Below, in pieces: positions 33,645 through 40,749 of a DNA stretch of 56,250 bases. The DNA comes from Planctomycetota bacterium. GTDB lineage: Bacteria > Planctomycetota > Phycisphaerae > Phycisphaerales > Phycisphaeraceae. Each line of letters opens with the position of its first letter. Positions within the stretch are counted from its first letter, which is position 1. The position numbers and the translations under genes were made by a program. The notes beneath the pieces are model-generated. The model saw only the letters and a program-made list of their open reading frames with translations, did not search any database and was not told the origin of the DNA. The stretch covers positions 1 to 56,250 of the forward strand of contig JBCCDN010000001.1 of assembly GCA_039030755.1 (NCBI GenBank). Reading direction: 5' to 3'.

Positions 33645-35321
33645 CTACTCCACCAAGGCACCGAACAACGCCAGCGGAGTGGCCGACGCGATCTTGACCT
33701 GCGCCATCTCGCCGATGAGCTTCGGATCGCCGTCGAACATCACAATGAGGTCGCCGCCGGTCCGCCCCGTGAGTTGCGTGGTGGTTCGGGGCGATTGCCA
33801 CCCTAGCGACACGTCCGGGCTGCCCGGGGCCGCACCATTGGCCGCCTTGGTCGCTTTGGCGGACACGCTTTCGACGAACACCTCCACCGTCCGGCCGACG
33901 TACGCGGCATGCACCTCGGCCGAAATTTCACTCTGAATCGTGAGGAGTTCGTGGTTGCGCCGCTTCTTGATGTCGTCGGAAATGTCATCCGCCAGCCGGT
34001 CATACGCGATCGTGCCCGGGCGCGGCGAATACTTGAAAATAAACGCGTTTTTGAATCGGCATCGCCGGAGCAGGTCTTTCGTCAATGCGTGGTCTTCCTC
34101 GGTTTCTCCGGGGAAGCCGCAGATCAGGTCGGTGGCGATCTCGCAGTCCGGCAGGATGCGCCGGGCTCGCTCGATCAGGTCAAAATAGTCGGCCGCTTTG
34201 TAGCCGCGGTTCATTTTGCGGAGCACGCGGTCGCTGCCGGACTGAACGGGCAGGTGCAGGTACCGGCAGAGGCGCGGGCAGTCGGCGATGGTTTCGAGGA
34301 TGTCGTCGCCGAAGTCGCGCGGCAGCGAGGTCACAAAGCGCAACCTCAAAACGCCGGGGCATTCATCATGAATCCGCCGCAATAATTTCGCGAAGCTCAC
34401 GGTCGTTGGGCTAAACGTCGGCGAAGGTCCGCCGTTACCCGCGTTGGGCGAGATCGTCGCGCCGACCTGCGGCTGTTGCACGCCGTCGACCGTGACGGTG
34501 GCGGCGGTGTCGTAGTGGTAGTGATTGACGGTCTGTCCGAGCAGCGTAATTTCGCGCACGCCGGCCGCTTCGAGCTTTTGACATTCCCGCACGATGTGGT
34601 CCGGCGGGCGGTGAACTTCGGCCCCGCGGGTGTTGGGGACGACGCAGTAGGTGCACTGCTTGTTACAGCCGCGCGTGATACGCACGTACGCCGACCGGCC
34701 GTTCGCGCTGGTGTCCTCGGCGGCAAACGCGCGGGAGAGGTCCACCAACTCCAGCTGATCCGACGCAGCGCTCAGCGTCGCGCTACGCCGGTGCGTGTTG
34801 CCTTGCAGTGCGACCTGCACATCGCCCCGGGCCCGCGTCGGTGACGGATCGATCAGCCGGGTCTTCAGCGCGTTGTCCACGAGCATCGGCACGCGGTCCA
34901 ACTCGCCGGGTCCACACATCAAGTCCACTTGCGGGTGCTTCTTCAAAAGATCCGTCCCGTCGCGCTCGGCCATGCAACCGATCACGCCGAGCACCCCCGG
35001 CAGTTTCCCGGCGTCGGCTTGCTCCTGCTTGTGCTTGCCGACGATCCCGACGCGCGACCACACCTTATTCTCCGCCATTTCGCGAACGCTGCAGGTGTTG
35101 TAGAGCACGACGTCCGCGGCCCGCCAATCGTCAATCAATCGGTAACCCAGCGCCTTGAGTTGCCCGGTCACGAGTTGGCTGTCTAGCACGTTCATTTGGC
35201 AGCCAAACGTCTCGAGATACACCGTGGCCCCCGCCCCGCAAGCTTGCGAGGACGCTTCGTCCAAGGCTTGAGGTTTGGGGTCGCGTGGGGGGTCGGTGGT
35301 CGGCGTGAGGGTTTCGGACAT
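33645..35321 (-). CDS. miaB: tRNA-i6A37 methylthiotransferase MiaB (radical SAM)
   Basis: UPF0004 N-domain with ETFGCQMN...YNTCSVRE, the radical-SAM motif CNKQCTYC, and a C-terminal TRAM domain. The start is taken at ATG 35321 and is uncertain. The protein has a longer N-terminus and an internal insertion compared with typical MiaB. Confidence 0.85.
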   Translation of the reverse strand: MSETLTPTTDPPRDPKPQALDEASSQACGAGATVYLETFGCQMNVLDSQLVTGQLKALGYRLIDDWRAADVVLYNTCSVREMAENKVWSRVGIVGKHKQEQADAGKLPGVLGVIGCMAERDGTDLLKKHPQVDLMCGPGELDRVPMLVDNALKTRLIDPSPTRARGDVQVALQGNTHRRSATLSAASDQLELVDLSRAFAAEDTSANGRSAYVRITRGCNKQCTYCVVPNTRGAEVHRPPDHIVRECQKLEAAGVREITLLGQTVNHYHYDTAATVTVDGVQQPQVGATISPNAGNGGPSPTFSPTTVSFAKLLRRIHDECPGVLRLRFVTSLPRDFGDDILETIADCPRLCRYLHLPVQSGSDRVLRKMNRGYKAADYFDLIERARRILPDCEIATDLICGFPGETEEDHALTKDLLRRCRFKNAFIFKYSPRPGTIAYDRLADDISDDIKKRRNHELLTIQSEISAEVHAAYVGRTVEVFVESVSAKATKAANGAAPGSPDVSLGWQSPRTTTQLTGRTGGDLIVMFDGDPKLIGEMAQVKIASATPLALFGALVE

Positions 35322-35368
35322 CGAACCGCAAAGTGTACCGGCACGACGGGATTGGTCGATCAATCAAG

Positions 35369-35992
35369 ATGGACCGGGAGCGATACGACCCCACATCCGA
35401 CGATCGCGCCGATGGCCCACTTTCCGGCACGCCGTTGGGCCGGGCGATTGATGCCTTGCCGGGCAGCGTGATGGTGCTGGGCGGTTTGGCGCTGATCGCG
35501 ATGGCGACGCTGGTTCCGGCCTGGCGGGAGCTGGATCGGTTGGACGCCCAACGCACCTTCATCGCCCAGCAGGCCGAGGCGCTGAATAAGCAGCAGCAAC
35601 GTTACGAAGATTTCCACGCGGCACTGATCGCGGAGGACCCGGTCTTGATCGAACGCTTGGCGTACACGCAGCTTCGCCGTGAGCCCGTGGATCGGGAGAC
35701 GGTGAGCAAAGCCGGCGTCAGCGAAGCACTCTCGCCTTACAAGGAGGTGCTGAGCGAATTGCCGCCGGGCGATATCGACCGCTGGCTACGGGTGGAGCCG
35801 CCTTCACCGGGGGAGTCGGACGTGTGGGATGCGTCGCCGGAAGCGTTGGCGGGTCAATCAAGTAGCCGGCTCGTCAGACTGGCGGGCGGGACGATGCGGT
35901 TTGTGCTGCTCGCGGCCGGAACGATGTGCGTCGTGGCGGGGTTGTGGTGGGGTCCGAGCCCAAGCGGCCGGGACCACGAAATAACGACCTGA
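35369..35992 (+). CDS. FtsB/DivIC-like (septum formation initiator family) bitopic protein with a C-terminal extension
   Basis: A TM helix (VMVLGGLALIAMATLV) is followed directly by a coiled coil (WRELDRLDAQRTFIAQQAEALNKQQQRYEDFHAAL), then EDPVLIERLAYTQLRREP, which resembles the DivIC/FtsB signature (DP.yIE..AR..L). A second hydrophobic segment lies near the C-terminus. Confidence 0.5.
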   Translation: MDRERYDPTSDDRADGPLSGTPLGRAIDALPGSVMVLGGLALIAMATLVPAWRELDRLDAQRTFIAQQAEALNKQQQRYEDFHAALIAEDPVLIERLAYTQLRREPVDRETVSKAGVSEALSPYKEVLSELPPGDIDRWLRVEPPSPGESDVWDASPEALAGQSSSRLVRLAGGTMRFVLLAAGTMCVVAGLWWGPSPSGRDHEITT

Positions 35993-36107
35993 CCGCACGC
36001 AACGTCAAGGCTTCCCCAGCTTTTGCCTCGCCTGATCGCGTCGGCTTTAGCGAGCCACCGGTGTTGTCGAAACATGATGTATGGATGCAATAACTTCCGG
36101 GAGCGGC

Positions 36108-36141
36108 ATGCGCGGCGAGCCAACAGAACCGCGCCGCGCAT
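36108..36141. terminator. Perfect 10-bp hairpin between convergent genes (candidate bidirectional terminator)
   Basis: ATGCGCGGCG with a 14-nt loop and CGCCGCGCAT. It lies between the stops at 35992 (+) and 36266 (-). Confidence 0.5.
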
Positions 36142-36265
36142 CATTTACCTGGCTGGGCCATCATAAGAGCTCACCCCGCACAGATTCATTGACCCCGTCG
36201 CAGTGGCGCGACGTAGTCACGGCTTGGTGGGTCGTGCAGGCGTTGCGGCGACGGACGCACCCAAC

Positions 36266-37411
36266 TCAGACCAAGCCCAGGTCTTCGTAGAGCGCCGCCA
36301 TCGCTACATCGAGTCGTTTTTGATGTGCGGGTTCGCCGGGTTGACCGTTCCAGAGGATGGCTCCGGCGAGTTGATGCTGAGGATCGGCGAAACCGACAGC
36401 GCATTGGCTGCCGCCGTGTCCAAAGGTGTTGGGCGAGGCGTATGGGCCGTAGCCGTAGGGCGAGGTGTTGCCTTCCGCTTGGTGGTGCTTGCTGTCGAGC
36501 ATGAATCCCAGGCCCCAGTCCATGACGTGACGAAAGGTACGGTCCATCATGCCGTCGCGATGGCGGTGGACGAGTTCGCGTGCGATGGTTGGATCGATGA
36601 TGCGGACGCCGTCGATCGTGCCGGGGGCATCCCCTCCGACCGCGGTTTCGTCGAGCATCATGCGGTAGAAGCGTTGCAGTTCGGATGCCGGCCCGTAAGC
36701 GTTTCCGCCGGGGCGGACGTTGCCGCACCATGCTTGCGTTTCGGTGCCCGTGAAGTCCCATGCCGTAACGCTTTCGCTTCCTGAGCCCAACGTGTTCGGC
36801 ATCGCCGCGAGCAAGCTGCGCTGGGTCAAACCGGCGTGCACCTCTGCGGGCATCGTCACCCAGGACCGCGTCATCCCCGTCGGCTCCAGGACCGCCCGCC
36901 GCATATAGGCCGCAAATTCCTCGCCGCTGCAGGCTTCGATCACCGCGCCCAACGCCCACCAGCCGGTATGCACGTGGTACCCCGCCCGCTCTCCGGGAAC
37001 CCAGCCCGGCTCCAACCGCGCCGCGTTCACCTTTCGCTGAATCGTTGGCCAATCGTCCGCCGGATAATCCACCGCTGCCGCGCGGAACCCGCCCGTGTGC
37101 ATGAGTACCTGCCGCACCGTGACGGCCTCTTTTCCGTGCGCCTCGAACCCCGGCACCCAATCGCTCACCGGGTCGTCCCAATCCAGCCGGCCCGCGCCCA
37201 ACAGTGTCGCGATCGCCACGGCGGTCAGCGGCTTGCCCGCCGACATCCAAAGCACCGCGGTGTCCGCACGCATCGCCACCCCCGGAAGGGCCTCGCCGAT
37301 CGTGCACGCGAACGCCACCTCGCCCCGCAACGACAAATAAGCCTGCACGCCCTTCGCGTTGCCCGCTCGTACCGACGCTTCAAGTTGGTCACGCAAACCC
37401 GTCGCGATCAT
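36266..37411 (-). CDS. Serine hydrolase, beta-lactamase/esterase (class C-like) family
   Basis: ATG 37411 overlaps the yqgE stop by 1 nt (TGATG). The SxxK nucleophile motif lies in WMSAGKPLTAV. The length and the YxN-like region are consistent with the EstB/AmpC-like fold. Confidence 0.7.
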   Translation of the reverse strand: MIATGLRDQLEASVRAGNAKGVQAYLSLRGEVAFACTIGEALPGVAMRADTAVLWMSAGKPLTAVAIATLLGAGRLDWDDPVSDWVPGFEAHGKEAVTVRQVLMHTGGFRAAAVDYPADDWPTIQRKVNAARLEPGWVPGERAGYHVHTGWWALGAVIEACSGEEFAAYMRRAVLEPTGMTRSWVTMPAEVHAGLTQRSLLAAMPNTLGSGSESVTAWDFTGTETQAWCGNVRPGGNAYGPASELQRFYRMMLDETAVGGDAPGTIDGVRIIDPTIARELVHRHRDGMMDRTFRHVMDWGLGFMLDSKHHQAEGNTSPYGYGPYASPNTFGHGGSQCAVGFADPQHQLAGAILWNGQPGEPAHQKRLDVAMAALYEDLGLV

Positions 37412-38010
37412 CAATTCAAACTCGCATCGGGCGGCACGATCTTCGGGTTCATCGTCCGCTTCAGCGCGGTTTGCGCCGCGTCCCGCACCAGACGTGTCCA
37501 CAGCGTCCCGTCCACGCCGAACACCGCCTCCGCGTTGCCACTCACCACCGACCACGCGTCCCGCCGAATCTCATCTTCCAATTGCCCCGGCCCCCAACCC
37601 GCGTAGCCCGCGAAATACAACACGGACCGCCCCGAAGACCGCCCTCCCGACGCGCTGTTGGCCTCCGCCTGCTGCCGCAAGACCATCTCGACCAGCTCGT
37701 CGTGCGTCGCGAAGTGCATCCCAGGAAACACCTCGACCTGAGACGCCTCATCGCAGCGATGCAGCACCATCAACGGCCCCCGACAAGGCCCGCCGTGCCG
37801 CAGCGCCTGATCGTCTCCCGCCGGCTCATCCAACAACTGCGCCAACGCGTCCGGCAACACATCGCATACCGACACGTCCGTCGGCTTATTCAGTACCAAG
37901 CCAAGCGCCCCCTGCTCGCCGTGCTCCACCATCAACACCACCGCCCTCCCGAAATTCGGGTCGTCCATCGCCGGCGACGCCAGCAGCAGCTTGCCTTGAA
38001 GATCGCTCAC
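37411..38010 (-). CDS. yqgE: YqgE/AlgH family protein (UPF0301)
   Basis: The family N-terminus is LLLASPAMDDPNFGRAVVLMVEHGEQGALGLVLNKP, with the C-terminal YAGWGPGQLEDEI motif. Confidence 0.85.
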   Translation of the reverse strand: MSDLQGKLLLASPAMDDPNFGRAVVLMVEHGEQGALGLVLNKPTDVSVCDVLPDALAQLLDEPAGDDQALRHGGPCRGPLMVLHRCDEASQVEVFPGMHFATHDELVEMVLRQQAEANSASGGRSSGRSVLYFAGYAGWGPGQLEDEIRRDAWSVVSGNAEAVFGVDGTLWTRLVRDAAQTALKRTMNPKIVPPDASLN

Positions 38011-38019
38011 GCGTCCAGT

Positions 38020-39387
38020 CTACGCACCGGCCAGCACGCCCAGCGATACCTTGCTCGGTTTCGTCACCACCGCCTCAAACTCGCCCCAGAACTTGTTCAC
38101 GATCGTGCGGATCGCCCAGTTCGCGCCGTCACTCAGGCCGCAGATGTTATTGCCGGGCATCGAGCCCATCGACGACGCGAGTTCGAGCAACAGATCGAGG
38201 TCCTTGGTCGTGCCGTCGCCCCGCTCCATCCGGCTGAGCAGCTTGTACAGCCATTTGCTGCCCTCGCGACATTGCGTGCATTGCCCGCATGATTCGTGGC
38301 TGTAGAACCGGGCGCAGTTGCGGGCCATCGCGACCATCGAGACGTGCTCGGGAATCACGGTGACGCACGCGGTTCCCAGCCCGAGATTGTTCCACTTCTT
38401 GCCGATGTCGAAGTCCATCTCGACGCCGGCCTCGGCCTCTTCGTGGCTCACGACGCCCATCGAGATGCCGCCGTGGAAGTACGCCTTGAGCTTCGTGCCG
38501 TCCAGCGGGCCCTGAGCCGAATCGTTGATCAGGTCGATGAGCTTGATGCCCAAGTTGTGTTCGTAAACGCCGGGGCGTTTAACCGCGCCGCTGACGCCCA
38601 TGAGCTTCGTGCCGAAGCTGGCGGGAACGGTCGGCGGAACGCCTTCGGGCCGGCCCTTACCGCGCGACTTCCACGCGTCCGGGCCGTCGAGCATGACATA
38701 CGGCACGTTCGCGAGCGTCTCGACGTTATTGATGATCGTCGGCCGGGCGAACGCGCCCTGCACCGCGGGGAACGGCGGCTTGATGCGCGGCCAGCCGCGC
38801 TTCCCCTCGAGCGATTCGATCAGCCCCGTCTCTTCGCCGCAGATGTACGCGCCCGCGCCGCGGTGCAGGTACAGGTTCGGCCAGCGGTTGTTGACCTTGC
38901 CCATACGAGAATCTTCGCCGAACACTTTCTTCTCGTAAGCCTCGGCGATCGCCCGCTCAAACTGCTCGCGGTGGTGGTGGTACTCGCCGCGGATGTAGAA
39001 GTAGGCCGTGTCGAGCTGGCAGGCCAGCATGCAGATCGCGATGCCCTCGATGACCGAATGCGGGTCGTACTGGATCAGGACCTGGTCCTTGAACGTCGCG
39101 GGCTCGGACTCGTCGGCGTTGATCGCGAGAAAGCGTTGCCCGTCGTCCAACGGCGGCAGGAACGACCACTTCATCCCCGCCGGGAACCCCGCCCCGCCGC
39201 GGCCGCGCAACTCGGCGGACTTCACTTCCTCGATGATGTCCTTGGGTTCCATCGCCGCGCACTTGTCCAGCGCGGCGTAACCGTCGGTCTTGACGTAATC
39301 GTCGTAGCCGACGTACTTGCGGTCGTGAAAATCTCCCCATGGTGGGGTGGGTATACGTTTGAACAAGAGAGGTTTATCGAGGCTCAT
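38020..39387 (-). CDS. nuoF: NADH-quinone oxidoreductase subunit F (51-kDa, FMN/NADH-binding)
   Basis: GRGGAGFPAGMKW, the FMN/NAD sites, and the 4Fe-4S motif ESCGQCTQCREG. The start is set at ATG 39387 (MSLDKPLLF...), which forms an ATGA overlap with the stop of the upstream ORF. Confidence 0.9.
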   Translation of the reverse strand: MSLDKPLLFKRIPTPPWGDFHDRKYVGYDDYVKTDGYAALDKCAAMEPKDIIEEVKSAELRGRGGAGFPAGMKWSFLPPLDDGQRFLAINADESEPATFKDQVLIQYDPHSVIEGIAICMLACQLDTAYFYIRGEYHHHREQFERAIAEAYEKKVFGEDSRMGKVNNRWPNLYLHRGAGAYICGEETGLIESLEGKRGWPRIKPPFPAVQGAFARPTIINNVETLANVPYVMLDGPDAWKSRGKGRPEGVPPTVPASFGTKLMGVSGAVKRPGVYEHNLGIKLIDLINDSAQGPLDGTKLKAYFHGGISMGVVSHEEAEAGVEMDFDIGKKWNNLGLGTACVTVIPEHVSMVAMARNCARFYSHESCGQCTQCREGSKWLYKLLSRMERGDGTTKDLDLLLELASSMGSMPGNNICGLSDGANWAIRTIVNKFWGEFEAVVTKPSKVSLGVLAGA

Positions 39388-39878
39388 GTGCCATATCCGT
39401 AGGGCCAACTGTCAGTATTTGCATCCTCGGTCAGGATGACCATTTCGTCTTCAGAGATACCTTTGAACGAGACAATGTATTCACGAAGCAAGGACTCGAG
39501 ATTATGTGCGTCGATTACACGGGAAAACAAGAGTCGCTTGGTTTTAACCATTTCTCCAGTGAATGGGTTGCGAACGGCTCGCTGCTCTTTCTGTCTCTCC
39601 ACTCCGTGTTTCTGCATCCAAGCTCTAACTTCCGGCTCGTCATCCCGTTCGTAGGGTAAAAAACCTTCGAACTCATAGCCATCGTTGTCGAAACTAAAGT
39701 CTCCGAAATGAGTCCGATCCAGCCCAGCAATACACCCCGCGAATCCGCCATTCGGATACTCGCTTAGCAATCGCTTTCTAGCGGAGTCCATCAACTCTGC
39801 AATCCTAATGTTACTGAGTCGGTCAACCCAGAACAGCATAGGTTCGGTCTGTTGGATTGGCTCAGGCTTGTCCATCAT
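39384..39878 (-). CDS. Orphan 164-aa protein of low-GC composition inserted between nuoE and nuoF
   Basis: Uninterrupted ORF whose stop is in an ATGA overlap with the nuoF start. A 100-nt hand count (39391-39490) gives 46% GC, versus 63% in nuoF (38011-38110). No TM segment and no motif I recognise. Confidence 0.55.
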   Translation of the reverse strand: MMDKPEPIQQTEPMLFWVDRLSNIRIAELMDSARKRLLSEYPNGGFAGCIAGLDRTHFGDFSFDNDGYEFEGFLPYERDDEPEVRAWMQKHGVERQKEQRAVRNPFTGEMVKTKRLLFSRVIDAHNLESLLREYIVSFKGISEDEMVILTEDANTDSWPYGYGT

Positions 39879-40053
39879 TCTCTCGCTTCACTTCGATTTC
39901 TTCAATCGTCGTGCGTCGTAGGGTGACGGTGTCGCTGACTTGTTTCTCTTCAACCGTGCGGTTGAGTTCGGCTTTTTGCTCGCCGCCGCCCGCATGCATC
40001 ACGCCGTGCAACGCGAGGCCCGTCTGTCGGCAGAGTCGCTGAAACCAAGGCAT
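39862..40053 (-). CDS. Orphan 63-aa protein immediately downstream of nuoE
   Basis: The ATG is 4 nt after the nuoE stop, and the 3-prime end overlaps the 164-aa ORF by 17 nt. Charged, helix-prone sequence (EQKAELNRTVEEKQVSDTVTLRRTTIEEIEVKRE). No family recognised. Confidence 0.4.
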   Translation of the reverse strand: MPWFQRLCRQTGLALHGVMHAGGGEQKAELNRTVEEKQVSDTVTLRRTTIEEIEVKRENDGQA

Positions 40054-40057
40054 GGCG

Positions 40058-40582
40058 TTAGTCGACCTTGTCGAGAATCCCGCTCACGTTTCCAGGAGTT
40101 AGGTTCTCGTGGAGTTCTTCGTCCACCAGCATGCACGGCGCTCCACCGCACGCGCCAATGCACTCGACCTTCATGAACGTGAACCGGTCGTCGTCGGTGG
40201 TCTCGCCGGGCTGGACGCCGAGCTTGTCGGCGATGGCTTCGGTGATCGCCGCTTCGTTCATCACCTCGCAGCTCACCGACTGGCAGACCCAGATGGTGTG
40301 CTTGCCGCGCGGCTGGGTGAAATATTCCTCGTAGAACGTGGCGGTGTCGAGCAACTCACTGGGCTTGATCTCCAAGAACGCCGCACCTTCTTCCAACGCC
40401 TGATACGGCAGCCAGCCGTAGTGCTCTTGGATTTCGTGCAACAGCGGCATCGCCATCGCGCGACGGGTCGGGTAACGGTGGGCGTACGTTTCGTCGAGAT
40501 GCTTCTTGATCTCGTTGGTGAGGTACGGCTCGTCGCGCCGCTCGATCTGTTGCGTGCCGGAGGGTTTGGTGAGCCAAGCCAT
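40058..40582 (-). CDS. nuoE: NADH-quinone oxidoreductase subunit E (24-kDa, 2Fe-2S)
   Basis: Thioredoxin-like fold with the Cys ligands (VCQSVSC ... CIGACGGAP) and a typical N-terminal helical domain. Confidence 0.9.
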   Translation of the reverse strand: MAWLTKPSGTQQIERRDEPYLTNEIKKHLDETYAHRYPTRRAMAMPLLHEIQEHYGWLPYQALEEGAAFLEIKPSELLDTATFYEEYFTQPRGKHTIWVCQSVSCEVMNEAAITEAIADKLGVQPGETTDDDRFTFMKVECIGACGGAPCMLVDEELHENLTPGNVSGILDKVD

Positions 40583-40587
40583 ATACG

Positions 40588-40749
40588 TTATCCAGCCTCT
40601 CCGAAAGCGTTCGCGAGAAAAATATCGCCCCAGATCACAATTGCCAAGCCGAGGAATTCACCAAAGTCGCCGTCGCCTATCCGGGCCACGATCAACGATG
40701 CGAAAAGTAATCCGATGCCGGTCGCAAAATACCGAGGCTTCTTGATCAT
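40588..40749 (-). CDS. 53-aa hydrophobic micro-protein between nuoD and nuoE
   Basis: The ATG overlaps the nuoD stop by 1 nt (TGATG), and the stop lies 5 nt before the nuoE ATG. Sequence: MIKKPRYFATGIGLLFASLIVARIGDGDFGEFLGLAIVIWGDIFLANAFGEAG, two hydrophobic segments. Confidence 0.45.
   Translation of the reverse strand: MIKKPRYFATGIGLLFASLIVARIGDGDFGEFLGLAIVIWGDIFLANAFGEAG

Noticed and set aside
36186-39402. ORFs 36186-37307 (-), 36836-37606 (+), 37204-38292 (+), 37359-38237 (+) and 38296-39402 (+)
   Set aside because: Arg/Pro/His-rich shadows overlapping the serine hydrolase, yqgE and nuoF, all of which have diagnostic motifs in their own frames.
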